From IMG/VR virus record IMGVR_UViG_3300046794_000123, positions 1 through 64,000 of that record: a stretch of 64,000 bases of DNA, one strand, 5' to 3'. The DNA is from a virus. Under the pieces are notes generated by a model, which had not been told where the DNA came from, ran no database searches, and saw only the letters and a list, made by a program, of their open reading frames with translations. Position 1 is the first letter of the stretch; every line of letters begins with the position of its first letter. The position numbers and the translations under genes were made by a program. This document shows positions 11,501 through 20,093 of this stretch, piece after piece.

Positions 11501-13405
11501 CAATGCCAGTGCTTGTTCCTGTGCCGAGTTCTTCGGGTTCTTGGCTTCGTTCGCCAGGTTCTGGAAGAAGTGAATACGGGAGGTCTGTCCGGCCGCTGCA
11601 CGCTGAATCACATCCGGCATGCCCTGCGTCTCGGCGGAATCGAAGTGCACCACACCCTTGGCCGCTTCGACGTAGGAGTGAGCCTCTTCCTTCTGGCTCG
11701 GGGTCAGGTCGGAATTGTTGATCGCATCGGTGGCAGCCTGCGCTGCTGCCGGTGCGTTCTGAACAGCCTCCTGCGCAGCCGTGGAGACGGCCTGGTCCGA
11801 GACAGGAGACTTCGCCTCGTTCTCGGCCATGATCCGGTCACCCCGCTTGCCAGCAAGCTCCACCGCCTTGTTGCCGACGCCTAGTGCTGCACGGGTACCG
11901 GAGCTCAAGATCGAGCCAGGACCAGACACCGCGCCGGCTGAGGCCATGCCATACAGACCGCCGAGACCGGCTTGCTCACCGACACCTTCGAGCAGATCTT
12001 TGTTCTCGTTGCTGGTTTGTTTGGTGGCGACGTTCTGTGCCGCCTGACCGGTACCCGACTGGATCGTCTCTTCGAGACCTTCCTTCAGGATGTTCTGGCC
12101 GAGCTGACGCAGCGTCGGGATCTTGAGCGGTGCCGATTCGAACTTGGCAACCAGACCACCGGTAGCCGTAGCCAGCGGTGCCTGAATGGCAGCCGCCCAC
12201 AGACCCGAGCGATTGGCGACCGTCTGGCGTGCTTCCTCGAAGGACATGCCTTCGCCACCGTCTTCCTTCTTGGCAGCGAGTCGGTTGAAAAGCGGCGAGG
12301 TCTTGGCCAGATCCTCGAAGCTCGTGTTCATCACGTCCGAGGCATTCTGTTGATACGCTCCACCCGCTTCCGTGGCACCAATACCCGCCATCGTCGCACC
12401 TTCGTGTTGAGCGAAGTCCAACACCTTGGAGCCAAGGGGAGAAGCAGCTGCCCGGCCCAGTAGCGCCGAAGCACCGGTAGCGCCTGCATCAGCGGCCATT
12501 GCACCTTCGACCAGTGCACGACGCACGAGCTTGCCACCGGCCACATCGGCTACACCGACAATGCCTCGACCGATCGGACCAGCGGTGAGAAGCGAACCGA
12601 CACCTTGTGCCAGACCATCGGAGGCGACTGTCGGATCCGAGACAGCGTTACCCACGGCGGTAACACCGTCTTTGGCGATGCGTCGCAGACCTGCGACAAA
12701 CGCCCCATCCGTTTCCTTGGTTCGCGCCTCTTCATCTGCGTTGTCCCGGAATCCGAGCTCGTTCCGTGCAGCATTGAGTTGGCGATGAGCATTCATCCCA
12801 TCCGACTGAAGGTTCTGCTGAACCACATCGTTGAGTGCCTTGATGCCTTGTGCAGCGGCAACCCCTGCGCGTTTGTTAACGATGCCCGCACCCAGCGCTG
12901 CCACACCACCAACCGAATTGGCAATACCCAAGCCGACACCGGTAGCGAAGTCGCCGGCCGCCTGCGGAAGCGAGCGAGTCGTATTGATGTCGGTCTGCGT
13001 GGCCCCCTGTGCCTGCAACTGACCATTGAGCATGTCCTGGGCACGGTCGAAACCGTACTTCTTCGCCAGATCATAGGGCGACATGTTGTTCAGATCGGCC
13101 AGCTCCTGGGTCGGCAGCGTCTGATTGCCCACACCTGAGTTACGGGCCAGCGTCGAGCTGTACAGCTGATCCAAGGAAGGCACACCGTTCTGTTGAACGA
13201 CATCTGCCTTCTTTGCATCAGCCGTTTGAGCAAGTGCTGCTTTCTTCGTGTCGGCTGTTGCGGCTACTACGTTCTGTTTGGTTGGGGCGGGTGAGTCTGG
13301 AAGGAAGGGGTTATCGACTACCCCAGTGACCGGCCCTGAACCAGGTACCGTCCCAGTACCGGCTGTACCCAGGTACTGGTCGAACATCTCTTGCGCAGAC
13401 GGCAT
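2555..13405 (-). CDS. Virion-encapsidated RNA polymerase (N4 gp50 vRNAP)
   Basis: 3616 aa; T7-like motifs KVGRL, EADGMTNGP (A), RDLTKNPLTVTMY (B), IFDG (C); HELIH motif; no Cys seen on reading, a vRNAP hallmark. Confidence 0.97.
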   Translation of the reverse strand: MPSAQEMFDQYLGTAGTGTVPGSGPVTGVVDNPFLPDSPAPTKQNVVAATADTKKAALAQTADAKKADVVQQNGVPSLDQLYSSTLARNSGVGNQTLPTQELADLNNMSPYDLAKKYGFDRAQDMLNGQLQAQGATQTDINTTRSLPQAAGDFATGVGLGIANSVGGVAALGAGIVNKRAGVAAAQGIKALNDVVQQNLQSDGMNAHRQLNAARNELGFRDNADEEARTKETDGAFVAGLRRIAKDGVTAVGNAVSDPTVASDGLAQGVGSLLTAGPIGRGIVGVADVAGGKLVRRALVEGAMAADAGATGASALLGRAAASPLGSKVLDFAQHEGATMAGIGATEAGGAYQQNASDVMNTSFEDLAKTSPLFNRLAAKKEDGGEGMSFEEARQTVANRSGLWAAAIQAPLATATGGLVAKFESAPLKIPTLRQLGQNILKEGLEETIQSGTGQAAQNVATKQTSNENKDLLEGVGEQAGLGGLYGMASAGAVSGPGSILSSGTRAALGVGNKAVELAGKRGDRIMAENEAKSPVSDQAVSTAAQEAVQNAPAAAQAATDAINNSDLTPSQKEEAHSYVEAAKGVVHFDSAETQGMPDVIQRAAAGQTSRIHFFQNLANEAKNPKNSAQEQALALATLNDSINNVFGENGLNFAGEDFKSLPDDHAAKQFSSQVGELLTAFQQSPAGKTAANTERAEKVAQRVAKDTLTEQHFDSPEGQQAVQANIAAAQISPQNSNRANNELILNMAAAGKITLDNRQSAALRTANAILDGQKAYIEQLKKTGLKSSADLVSEKVTVNQGSAEGEESALEHTNAIRAAYGRGDTEGAKTALLGFQKFVQSQQNKIRAVNAQIAAHGGNANPGNALHYDAARQDKSGFTKSQNPFGVSVRGKRAASSIGFVQQVAAESHALTGIHNALATAFPELGVKHLAEVSLDPSLADAHPSKVAKEFADGVRGKKEAPASQSSESTVQDEAPKQPVTSEKPAAKDAVKETAKPVESVNKDLPAAAPVEDTPSLEDERDDLINRKIDGPLTPQEEARLSEINRRLNPGQASKEVVQKYAAKRKYRIVGEADQQGGLASTYPTLIHFPTGNMFVNAFKFPSKPITKFSGEENPLEQVQQALHSGSAFTHAAGIDGTNLFTPKVAADYQAFLRYVPKIIAAMNAQIPVFLDKGNNQKDFDEGTKDINRYKNGKLMNLVEEGEDGVLRLNQQLAEGAALAGLQWLLEARQKASHYNNEDVARIFGVPLDTVDENGPLATFLQSGTLRIDAYSDLAQKIQEYWGLTKDADADVAYSQGIPQAMAAEVIKALDTIELKTGENKGQSLTNPETMVVDTSTGQPVPFVRKEGQKLPKGFREVEIFRIQPATVFKGVAAMPDAIERVVMTKPKQIYYMDGAVPVNSDEQMRNPGVKLTDEQQEMVGRESSVPHTLDMETVNLMEALNAGGNLLKIFGPGESDSEKLNKNDAISKKGQALSITSAFDAMRDLVAVTRAQSAATGKPMEEIEHRYGYGVSKVGRLQMLGAFNPQASKLMRHVILPTLSTLNMLRGEHIRAFDLGVAQGIGIKVHNMPYTAARNQMLDALNGKYAPAVDVLRAYLKGGKLGMETADIEKLSASLGSGASFAQLYALKEYARLLNAQEAGEDLSQFKTKLYLEADGMTNGPIMAMAMFARGHTDVQNLENMSRGGLYYGGLPFQNSTIQRTIDPTDLYKATANVVNTRFADKLSDKDMPADMKGQLTHVLRLMNVLLGNKVIEFDGENVTMQRDLTKNPLTVTMYASGAGGIANKLVSMLTDAMYQQMSVAMQNEWGADQIFGPDQAKKNADFNESLRALREFVPEWNKKERKYALTKTKNTLADQALKDYTLGSGDLQAMSSNLKTLFVSDLRSAIKQVVGNDTFVAMDMVKTATQVQSIVQQHMFEAKVKRAVQERIDSKDPTYRTGDFLSQKQLDAIKRSMAGYSPLIKAPGQTFFLSGQNKVGLAGASFASSLSGSHAVPATVNGPGNIGVAGTASLNIGMGDGKMIQTFSNDPDTDPRRLLIFDGIHLALDQIYAGSEQANRAVWNTWMGNPLKAVSQSFDSFMDNIPATEVTKGSDLHRDLVAALFGPFNATDEKIGDFPPEVVMEELQKLQGDLQLSEKQVDARHRAMNRVNVSVDHLASAASPYQITDKEMVVGSPEQVAQRLSEITQEEYAKIRAKEKKDPSNKTESIPTELAKWGEAVEGGARSLTMQSVHRVIENVLKKVPRDQAIVLQSIQKTLAAEGYSLIHGTREQLLDYNASLGANMIDASRLTDENVHGFTMTGRQEIWLVSPSSETLAHELIHAATIRKVQAFYNGEDLGPNSQQVTKAIQNLEVLMQQFLNLGDLDQEEGGLDAMPREMQVAYNHAQSAINAALSDMNLDPATRKAAALNEYMAWGLANTQLTNLQKKVESHWLVQMAKDVVNAIRQIVFGKDKPMAPENDMFSNLLFNTQVVMAAQIDLPQIMSDTTLYQSTQYGTNDHLTELGNSFDETITKWIVQADGDVKEMLRRHFNARYESQDRGARMADNFATVFPMTLQEKTTFHQIVAGLTSEAQFDPTVLARMQQLWSQVNQHLTADMMEDPNEPDANQRRHDAQAKVDAIRGDLFAEEDSKGRSTLLPTFVALAMTNDQFRQVLANLLVEKQGRSKAESRVDRALENLATDVLDSLGRRISGEGKSRDVLAAMDAMGDRFMDIAQERETAMDRYLRDSGGLVDSANDYMVQGMDALSRFLVRKTGEWDQAYDNKLTNAVASSARLFGAIVSEDQAGHVAEGLLAATNKIKAFKPFTDIIHDMIGRVASNAQVYDMIKTVRSMIQKTRQQFREEVPSVIEAQFSRKLEEHEWDLLHKGMGRADLASLSQGMTQDQVLELARSSKARKAKIAELEDQIKALDKPNFDIRQKKMKELARYMMTGETASHLLRNATAITRMVGMPGWEKQKSNPALTKPIDMLTSLYALEELSAKETADLAGLVTSQEKGMKFALSYLQGQRKDEMSRADSSERALLNHFKGYIPQVQQAGASLIVADDSEYANLTNRSYVRIGDYKGSNVEPGKTKKGYYFMPVNGRQAFQQGNLQNVRQTAGGVDVASGYSQMQSAGRITDANAVKRIESMVAIGAEKGNEHLMPVFNHAGEVVAYERALNPQIVNSKLQFNTQLHQMLGVWRGRQVEEELSAVYNNELIDKLADMYDTDLNESKANAERYINVFDQREQAKDPVLKDAVALITPAMKRQIEQKFGKQFWIRRDMLNDVLGYRSASVGDAWTGNSRWSEDTQKHFQRIAMSVFGNKAYRYAVNAERTFQNLVSDMKTMIVVKSVVVPVANLVSNAYQLAGRGVPIKDIITGMPKKTAEVKAYVANELRRIEADAELRAAEGRRDAVAVRKLRTEIQSIEDSHKRLSIWPLIQAGEFSAVSDGKATAEEIELTSGRLHGYIEQLVDKLPPGIKTAGRYALITKDTALFQGMQTAVEYGDFLAKAILYDDLTKRKKQSQEYALARVTEEYVNYDRLPGRFRGYMESMGLMWFYNFKIRSAKVALSMIRNNPVHALLAGLVPAPSFLGSIGTPLTDNLFAKLADGQISYSFGFGQLFHAPTLNPWVNLFSN

Positions 13406-13465
13406 AGAGTTGATCCTTTAGATATAAGTTTGAGGTATAACTGTATCAGGTTATTGCTGCCCCAG

Positions 13466-13498
13466 AAATGAAAAAGCCCCGCCATGAAAGCGGGGCTC
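13466..13498 (-). terminator. Terminator upstream of vRNAP gene
   Basis: Minus strand GAGCCCCGC-TTTCATG-GCGGGGCTT then TTTCATTT. Confidence 0.75.
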
Positions 13499-13549
13499 GT
13501 CTATTGTCGAGAGCAGAGTGGAGTTTACTCGCTCACTGAAGGCTCGTGA

Positions 13550-13816
13550 TCAGAGATTGCATTTACGCAACTCGGACATCTTGTAGCCGTTCACTTGCGG
13601 CTCACCATCTTTTACCGGTATCGCAACCAGCACGCCGGTATCATTCACTTTCCGCCAGGTTCCGAAAAAGATCCCGTATGTGTCCGAGCTGATCAGGAGC
13701 TGCTCATCGGGGAGAAAGTACATCATGCCAGTGGGCTGACTGCCCCGGCAGATGACTTCTCGTGCACCGGCCACCGGCGAACATAGTACAAGCAGCAAAG
13801 CGATTGCGAATTTCAT
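13550..13816 (-). CDS. Small secreted/periplasmic protein (88 aa), moron-like
   Basis: Signal peptide MKFAIALLLVLCSPVAGA; flanked by hairpin terminators; weak RBS. Confidence 0.6.
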   Translation of the reverse strand: MKFAIALLLVLCSPVAGAREVICRGSQPTGMMYFLPDEQLLISSDTYGIFFGTWRKVNDTGVLVAIPVKDGEPQVNGYKMSELRKCNL

Positions 13817-13866
13817 GGTAACTCTGGCCCTAATTAGAATTGTCGGATGATCTTGCAACCGCATTG

Positions 13867-13894
13867 TAAAGCCCCGCCCACTTCGGACAGGGCT
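13867..13894 (-). terminator. Hairpin/terminator after gp51-like gene
   Basis: Minus strand AGCCCTGTCC-GAAGT-GGGCGGGGCT-TT. Confidence 0.55.
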
Positions 13895-13901
13895 CGGAAC
13901 A

Positions 13902-16112
13902 TCACATACCCGAAGTGAGCAGCAACGGATTCTTGGTCGGATCCGATGCCGCATCCAGCGCATCACGCATGCGAACTTGACGAGCAGCCTCAGCCGCAGC
14001 ATCTGCATTGCGCTTCTGTGCAGCTGCTGACACATTGGTCTGCTGTGCATTCGCCCCATTCAGACGTTCCTGGGACTTGTCTCGACGGGCCTTGGCTCGG
14101 GTGTATTCGCTAGCCAGACGCTGCTTTACATCATCCGGGATCTCCCGGCCAGCATTGTCCGCCGACTGCTGAGTCTTGGTGATCTTGTCGGTAACCGCGT
14201 CCAATGCCTGCTGAGCCGAAGTCAGGCTGTCCTGTACCTGCTTGTTCTCGGACATGACCGCCGATGCCTTGGTGATCTCACCGGCATTGAACGCACCCAC
14301 CAGATTGGCTGCCGCTGCCGGATCATAGTAGGAGCCGCTCTTGAGCGTGTTGGGCTTGAGGCCAGAAAGAATGCCGCTGCCGATGCCGCCACCCTTAATC
14401 ACACCATTACCGCTTGCGAGCATCACACCCGCAGTCGCAGCTGAGAGCTGGGCCACGGCCTTGTTTTCAGCGTTGAGCTGTACCGAGCGTTGCTGGATGT
14501 CGTTGACCCAGTTCAAAACCTTATCTGAGTCTTCGCCTTCGAATGCACCACCCTTGGCCGTGAGCCTGTTGGCCACTTGCTTGGCCGACGAACCATCGCT
14601 CTGCGCTGCCAGATAGTCTGCAGCCTTGATACCGGTGTTGGCGATGTTCTGGCCGTCACGCTGCTGCGAACCGGCAATCAGCGAGTTGTTGAGCGACTTC
14701 GACTGGTTCGAAGCCTCACGCAATGCGTCAATCGTAGGGAAGTCCGCTGCTGTTGCCTTGGCAATGGCATTGCCTGCCGGAGTCGCACCCTGCTCGGCCG
14801 GAGCCACCGAACCCGGACGAAACGAGGCAGTCTGAATTGCCGCCGGGGACGTGCTCGACTCACCCTTGGCAATCACTTCCCTTGCCTGGTTCCAGTCTGC
14901 ACCCTTCAGCGCCTGAGCCTCAGCCGGAGACAGTGAAGTCCACCGGCCCACCATGGCCGAAGGGTTGTTCTTGACCGTATCCCAGATTGCACTACCCACC
15001 TTGTCATGGGTGGCGAAGTCATTGATGTCAGCCTTGCGCCAGTCCGAACCCAGCGCCTTGGGTGCGAAGTCTTTCCAGGTCGGGGCCGTGATCTGAAACG
15101 GACCCACATTGGAGTGACCCACACCGTCTTGCGTCTTGTGGGCATCGGCCAGTGTCTTGCCGTTATCGACCACATCGCCTACGGTGTTGATGGTCGGATC
15201 TGCTTGACCGCCACCCAGCGTGAGGCGCATCGGGTTTGTACCTGAGCCAGGGGAAACACTGCCGCCGCTGCCGAGCACTCCACCCGAGCCTGCCGGACCG
15301 GGTGTGATGTCCCACTTCTTGCCGAGCTTCTGGCCCACTAGTGCCTGCACTTCTGCCGGGATACCGAGCTTGTCGAGCTGGTCACGTGCACCCTGCTCGT
15401 CCGTGTTCAGACTCTGGATGTAGCCCGCCAGACGGGAGGCCTGCAGATCGTTGGTCTGCTCTCGGACACCCTTCTCGAAGTTGAAGGTGCCTTGGGAATT
15501 GGAGACGGTCTTGCCGAAGCCTTCCAGGCTACCCCGGCTCAACTCGCCATACTTGGTCGGATCGACCGCTTGCAACAGAGGGCGGATGGACGGATCGTTC
15601 TCCAGTGCACGAGCACCGGCTTCGTCCCCCTGGTTCCGGCGAATCTGGATCTCGTTGATAACCGGTTGAGCCGCATTGAGTGCCGACTGGTTGCGCTGTT
15701 CGACACCCAGATCGAACTGGGTCTTGCCGGTACGTGCCTGGTCGTACTGTCCCTTCAGAATAGCCGCCGCAGCCTGCTGTGTATGAAGGTCATTGGTGAC
15801 ACGGTCACCCACACCCTTCTGGAGAGCGCCCAGCGTAGCCGCGCTCACACGAGTCGGATCGACACCTTGTAGGGAACCAAGGAGAGAACCGTCACCCAGT
15901 GCGGTACGCAGGCCATCTGCCGTCTGGAGACGGGAAGCCGCTTGCAGTGCGGCGTTGTCTGCCAGATCGGTCTGGGCCTGACCAAACTTTCCGAGGGCAT
16001 CGGACAATCCATCGGTGCCCCTGGAAAGTAGACCAGCAGCCGTAGCCAGACCGGCAATCTCGCCGTTCCCGCCACGAGGCGCATCGACATTGCGCCAAGT
16101 CAAAACAGCCAT
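13902..16112 (-). CDS. Internal virion/ejection protein with lysozyme-like domain (N4 gp51-like)
   Basis: MAVLTWRNVDAP start; SNVGPFQITAPTWKDF muramidase-like motif; adjacent to vRNAP. Confidence 0.75.
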   Translation of the reverse strand: MAVLTWRNVDAPRGGNGEIAGLATAAGLLSRGTDGLSDALGKFGQAQTDLADNAALQAASRLQTADGLRTALGDGSLLGSLQGVDPTRVSAATLGALQKGVGDRVTNDLHTQQAAAAILKGQYDQARTGKTQFDLGVEQRNQSALNAAQPVINEIQIRRNQGDEAGARALENDPSIRPLLQAVDPTKYGELSRGSLEGFGKTVSNSQGTFNFEKGVREQTNDLQASRLAGYIQSLNTDEQGARDQLDKLGIPAEVQALVGQKLGKKWDITPGPAGSGGVLGSGGSVSPGSGTNPMRLTLGGGQADPTINTVGDVVDNGKTLADAHKTQDGVGHSNVGPFQITAPTWKDFAPKALGSDWRKADINDFATHDKVGSAIWDTVKNNPSAMVGRWTSLSPAEAQALKGADWNQAREVIAKGESSTSPAAIQTASFRPGSVAPAEQGATPAGNAIAKATAADFPTIDALREASNQSKSLNNSLIAGSQQRDGQNIANTGIKAADYLAAQSDGSSAKQVANRLTAKGGAFEGEDSDKVLNWVNDIQQRSVQLNAENKAVAQLSAATAGVMLASGNGVIKGGGIGSGILSGLKPNTLKSGSYYDPAAAANLVGAFNAGEITKASAVMSENKQVQDSLTSAQQALDAVTDKITKTQQSADNAGREIPDDVKQRLASEYTRAKARRDKSQERLNGANAQQTNVSAAAQKRNADAAAEAARQVRMRDALDAASDPTKNPLLLTSGM

Positions 16113-16121
16113 AGGACCCCC

Positions 16122-16583
16122 TTATGCGCTGAGCCGGTTCTTGTTGATGTAGTCCTGCACCTGTTGTGCCGACTGCCCTTCAACTGCACCACGGGCCGTA
16201 GCACGGTCAGTGAGTGCCGTGTTGTACGAAGTGGTGGAGTTGACCAGATTCTTCTGGGCGAACTGCTTCTGGAAGTCGAACTGATCCTGAGCCAAGCCCA
16301 ACGCCTTCAGGCCGCTGTACAGGTTTGCCAGCGTCGAGACCCCGCCCAACCCGAGTTGCAGAGTCGGGATGTTCATGCCGAGCCCGCCTGCTGCCGGAGC
16401 ATTGCCCGCAGGAAGATTGAACCCGCCAGAATTCGCCCCCAGCGTCGGAGAGCTCATGCCAAAGGAGCTGAGGGAGTTGAATTCACCGGGAGCGTTCACA
16501 CCCAGTCCCGTGGGAACAGTGAAGTTGTAGGGCGTCACATTAGCACCGGCCCCAAACTGAAAGTCATTCACACCAAGAGCCAT
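16122..16583 (-). CDS. Virion structural protein (N4 gp52-like)
   Basis: 153 aa Gly-rich, hydrophobic stretch then LAQDQFDFQK...SYNTALTDRA; synteny. Confidence 0.75.
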   Translation of the reverse strand: MALGVNDFQFGAGANVTPYNFTVPTGLGVNAPGEFNSLSSFGMSSPTLGANSGGFNLPAGNAPAAGGLGMNIPTLQLGLGGVSTLANLYSGLKALGLAQDQFDFQKQFAQKNLVNSTTSYNTALTDRATARGAVEGQSAQQVQDYINKNRLSA

Positions 16584-16595
16584 TTTCGGATCCTG

Positions 16596-19154
16596 TCAGA
16601 TAGAGAGTGTTTGGTTGATGTCCAGAGTTAATGCGGCGAAGTTCGCAATCAAGGTGGAGTTCAACTCCGCAATGTCGCTGCCTGTCATTAGTGTTCTGTT
16701 CAGAAAGACAGAAGGAGGTTCTGGCGTAAAGGCCCGCAAGGAGCCAACAGTGGAGTCCGTGAGAGTCAGCGGATCGATGGACCCCATATCATTGCCCAGA
16801 ACATCAGCGTACTGGTCAGCTACGCCTTTCATCTGCGTATTGTACTGATCAAGCATGTCCTGTGTCTGCTTCAGAACATCCTTAATCTCGGCCTGCTCGT
16901 ATTCCACGATGCCGTTGCCGACCGCATTGGTGATGGCCAGGATGTTCTGTGGCGAGGTGAGCGAGCTCAGACCCTCGGTCCAGCCACCGCCATTAGCGAC
17001 GCCTGCACCATAGACGATCATCACCACGGCAGCCACAGCCTGCACGATGGCCCCAACCTTATCCCCGAAAAGGGACTTGGCTGCCATGCCAATGACCTGG
17101 AGCAGGATCATCGATGCAATCATGGTGATGGCCATGCCCGCAATGATCGCAGCGGTGCCAGTGAGCCCGATCGCCGCACCGATCGCCCCATAGGCTTGCA
17201 GCGCTGGTCCGGTACCTGCACCCCAGGTCAGATAGGTGATGACGATGATGATAATGATCATGATCACCGTGAAGATCCCAGTCTGATACCACTTCTGCTT
17301 CACCACCTGATAGCAGTTGAAGACAAGGTAGCAGCAGGCCGTGCTCATCTGGGTGGCGTCCACAATGGACATTGACCGGTAGATCTCCTCGTGCAACGGG
17401 ATGATGAAGCCCGACTCCTCGGTGTCCCGGATCGCATCCGTGATCCCAATGTCGACCGACTTGCCGTTGTAAACGAAGTTCTGGTGTACCAGCCCATACA
17501 GGGTGAAGGCCTTCCAGTTGTTGTCATCCACCTGCCAGTAGAGCGTGACGCTGGATACCTGGTAGCTCGTCACGAACGGAGGCACGCTCGGATCCTGACT
17601 GGTTCGGATCGTCTTCTGGAAGACATCGGCACCATTGATCTTCCACCAGATATCCCCTGCCTTGTGCGCAGGATCAGCCAGGCCTGCCCCGAAGGTATCC
17701 ACGATGCCGTTCCACGAGATCTTCATATCGAAGTTGATGTTGCTCGTCTTCGACGTTTTGATCTCGATCGATTGGGTAGGCAGACTCGGAAAAGGCGCAA
17801 TCGCCGGAGCTGGCTGGCTCGAACCCAGGCCGCCGTGGGCCAACACCCAGTCGTTGTAGGCCAGCTGGCTGGCCTGAGCGATCGCCCACTGTGCCTTGAA
17901 CTGGGTGTATTCGTGGTGAGGGAAGGAAGCCGAATCCAGGATCGATTCGAAGAATGCCCAGAGGTATTTCTTCGACGCCAGCTCGGCCACATTCACCGAC
18001 ACGCCAAACACAATATAGGCGTAGTCGATATCACCAATCGAGGCATTGTCGTTGATCTTGTCCACCACATCATCGAAGTGGCCACCGGTGGCTTTCTTCA
18101 GAGCCCGCTTGGCGAGCGCATACACGTTCGGCTGATACGTGGGCGAGACCATCCGATTGTCGATGCGCACCGGAATGTACGGGAAGAACGTGCCCATGTT
18201 GGCCGGTGCGTTGAACATCGCATCGAGCACAGCGTTGCCGGAGCCAAGGGGATAAATGAAGATGTTCAGTCCCGACTGCACCGAGTTCGTGAGCTCCTGT
18301 GTATCGATCCGGTACCAGCGAGTGGTGACCGGCACACCACCCTGCGCAACGATCGTCTGCACCATCGTAATGATCTGACGAGTCGAGTGCGTACGAGACG
18401 GGTTGGCCGGATCAATCCCCAGGTACGTCGTCTTCTGGAACACGGTGTTCGTGTTCATCCCCTGCGTGGTGACATTGGCCAGGACAAGCGTCACCGGAGT
18501 GAGCGTGTTCGAGACCAGTGTCCAGCCAGTTGTATCCGGGAAAGCCGTATTAGCATCCAGGTTCACCTGACTGCCCGGTACCACGGGACCATCCGTCCCA
18601 CCTGAAATTAAGGTATAGGCTGCGAAAAGGAACTTCGCCTCCGGGTTGAAGCCAGCCGGAGAGAAGCTTTCCTTGGTTCCATCGGCGTAGGTGACGACTG
18701 CCTGACCATTCAGATAGTCGCAGTGCCAGTTCGTCTCGATGAGTGTCGGATGATGAGCGAGGATGTATTGCTCGGCCCACCAGGTGATATCCGCGTAGCC
18801 CAGATCACTTTCCTGGATCAGCACAGTCTGTCCGGCCGGTGCCGGAATCTGTGCCGCCAGCTGCTCATTGTTGAGCGAGTTACCGGTGATGATCTGGCCG
18901 GAGGTAAAGCCCACCGTATCACTGTAGCCGGAGCTGCTGCCCGGACTCGCCCACCGGGCAAACGAGCGCAGTTGCAAACCGGGACCGTTCTTGTAGGCGC
19001 TGGAGATCACATCACCCAGCGACTGGTTACCCGAACCAATCCTGCTGGAGGCCACCGTCGATTTCAGGTAGTTCGCACGCTTGTTGACATCCCCGGCCAT
19101 GTTGTACACGACCGAGGAGACAAAGGTTTCTGAGCCGCCGCCAAAGAAGCCCAT
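16596..19154 (-). CDS. Virion/tail protein (N4 gp53-like)
   Basis: 852 aa, MGFFGGGSETFVSSVVYNMAG start, KQKWYQTG followed by C-terminal hydrophobic helices; synteny. Confidence 0.75.
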   Translation of the reverse strand: MGFFGGGSETFVSSVVYNMAGDVNKRANYLKSTVASSRIGSGNQSLGDVISSAYKNGPGLQLRSFARWASPGSSSGYSDTVGFTSGQIITGNSLNNEQLAAQIPAPAGQTVLIQESDLGYADITWWAEQYILAHHPTLIETNWHCDYLNGQAVVTYADGTKESFSPAGFNPEAKFLFAAYTLISGGTDGPVVPGSQVNLDANTAFPDTTGWTLVSNTLTPVTLVLANVTTQGMNTNTVFQKTTYLGIDPANPSRTHSTRQIITMVQTIVAQGGVPVTTRWYRIDTQELTNSVQSGLNIFIYPLGSGNAVLDAMFNAPANMGTFFPYIPVRIDNRMVSPTYQPNVYALAKRALKKATGGHFDDVVDKINDNASIGDIDYAYIVFGVSVNVAELASKKYLWAFFESILDSASFPHHEYTQFKAQWAIAQASQLAYNDWVLAHGGLGSSQPAPAIAPFPSLPTQSIEIKTSKTSNINFDMKISWNGIVDTFGAGLADPAHKAGDIWWKINGADVFQKTIRTSQDPSVPPFVTSYQVSSVTLYWQVDDNNWKAFTLYGLVHQNFVYNGKSVDIGITDAIRDTEESGFIIPLHEEIYRSMSIVDATQMSTACCYLVFNCYQVVKQKWYQTGIFTVIMIIIIIVITYLTWGAGTGPALQAYGAIGAAIGLTGTAAIIAGMAITMIASMILLQVIGMAAKSLFGDKVGAIVQAVAAVVMIVYGAGVANGGGWTEGLSSLTSPQNILAITNAVGNGIVEYEQAEIKDVLKQTQDMLDQYNTQMKGVADQYADVLGNDMGSIDPLTLTDSTVGSLRAFTPEPPSVFLNRTLMTGSDIAELNSTLIANFAALTLDINQTLSI

Positions 19155-19155
19155 A

Positions 19156-20019
19156 TCAGCCCAACTGGTTGTTGGTCTTCAGCGCAGTCAGGACCGTATC
19201 GAGCGAGGCATTGGTGAACCCGTTCGGAGGCACCAGACCTTCATCGATCGTCTTCATCGTGATCCATGCATCCGAGAAGATCTTCGATGCCTTCACTTCA
19301 GCGTCCCGCTGGTAGCTGATGATCTGCTGGGCGTAGAGCTTCTTCTGGGAACCAACCGAACCAGTCACCACCGTGCCATCGGTACGGGTGTCCATCGTCT
19401 GGGCACGTTGTCCTTCGGTCTGTTCCGAGACGAGCCCCTGTTGCTTCTGCACGAGCGTGAGCTGAGCAGGCAGCATATTGTCGTTCTGGAACTTGAGCTG
19501 ACCATACTGGGCATCTTCCGTACCGATCTTGGCCTTGGTGAGAGCCAGGGTGACCTTGGCCGTCTCCGCTTCGATGCGTGCCCGCACTGCCTGGTACTTG
19601 ATCGTCTCCAGCTGCACACGAGCAGTGACCGCGGCGATCTGCGCATTGACCGACTGCCAGTACGCAGCATCCCGGCCAAGCAGGTATTGCACCGCATTCT
19701 GGAGCACTGCACCGGTCAGTGCTGAATATGCCTTGGTGTACTCTGCTCCGGTGATACGGCCCTTCTCGTACTCGCTCTGGAGCTGCGCTTTCAGGCCCTG
19801 CATCATCACATCGAACGTGCCCGTGCCATCGGTCTTGCCGTTGGTGAAGTCTGCGTTCGTGAGCTTGGCGACTTCCTGATACGCCGGGGAGTCCGTATCG
19901 GAAGCCACTTTGTAGATGTCGGCCGTCAGGTCCAGCGGCTCGACTGCAATGGGTGTCCCAGCCATCAGGAGGCTGTAGACCAGATTTGCATCGGTATCAA
20001 TACCGTACGGTGCAGGCAT
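19156..20019 (-). CDS. Structural/tail tube protein (N4 gp54-like)
   Basis: 287 aa, GTGTFDVMMQ...EYEKGRITGAEY motif; synteny. Confidence 0.75.
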   Translation of the reverse strand: MPAPYGIDTDANLVYSLLMAGTPIAVEPLDLTADIYKVASDTDSPAYQEVAKLTNADFTNGKTDGTGTFDVMMQGLKAQLQSEYEKGRITGAEYTKAYSALTGAVLQNAVQYLLGRDAAYWQSVNAQIAAVTARVQLETIKYQAVRARIEAETAKVTLALTKAKIGTEDAQYGQLKFQNDNMLPAQLTLVQKQQGLVSEQTEGQRAQTMDTRTDGTVVTGSVGSQKKLYAQQIISYQRDAEVKASKIFSDAWITMKTIDEGLVPPNGFTNASLDTVLTALKTNNQLG

Positions 20020-20036
20020 GTTCTTTTCCTTGGCTC

Positions 20037-20071
20037 AAAACAAAAGACCCGCCCAGTAGATGAGCGGGCCT
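20037..20071 (-). terminator. Rho-independent terminator
   Basis: Minus strand GGCCCGCTCA-TCTAC-TGGGCGGGTC-TTTTGTTTT. Confidence 0.75.
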
Positions 20072-20093
20072 CTTTTCATGAAAGACGGCGGCT

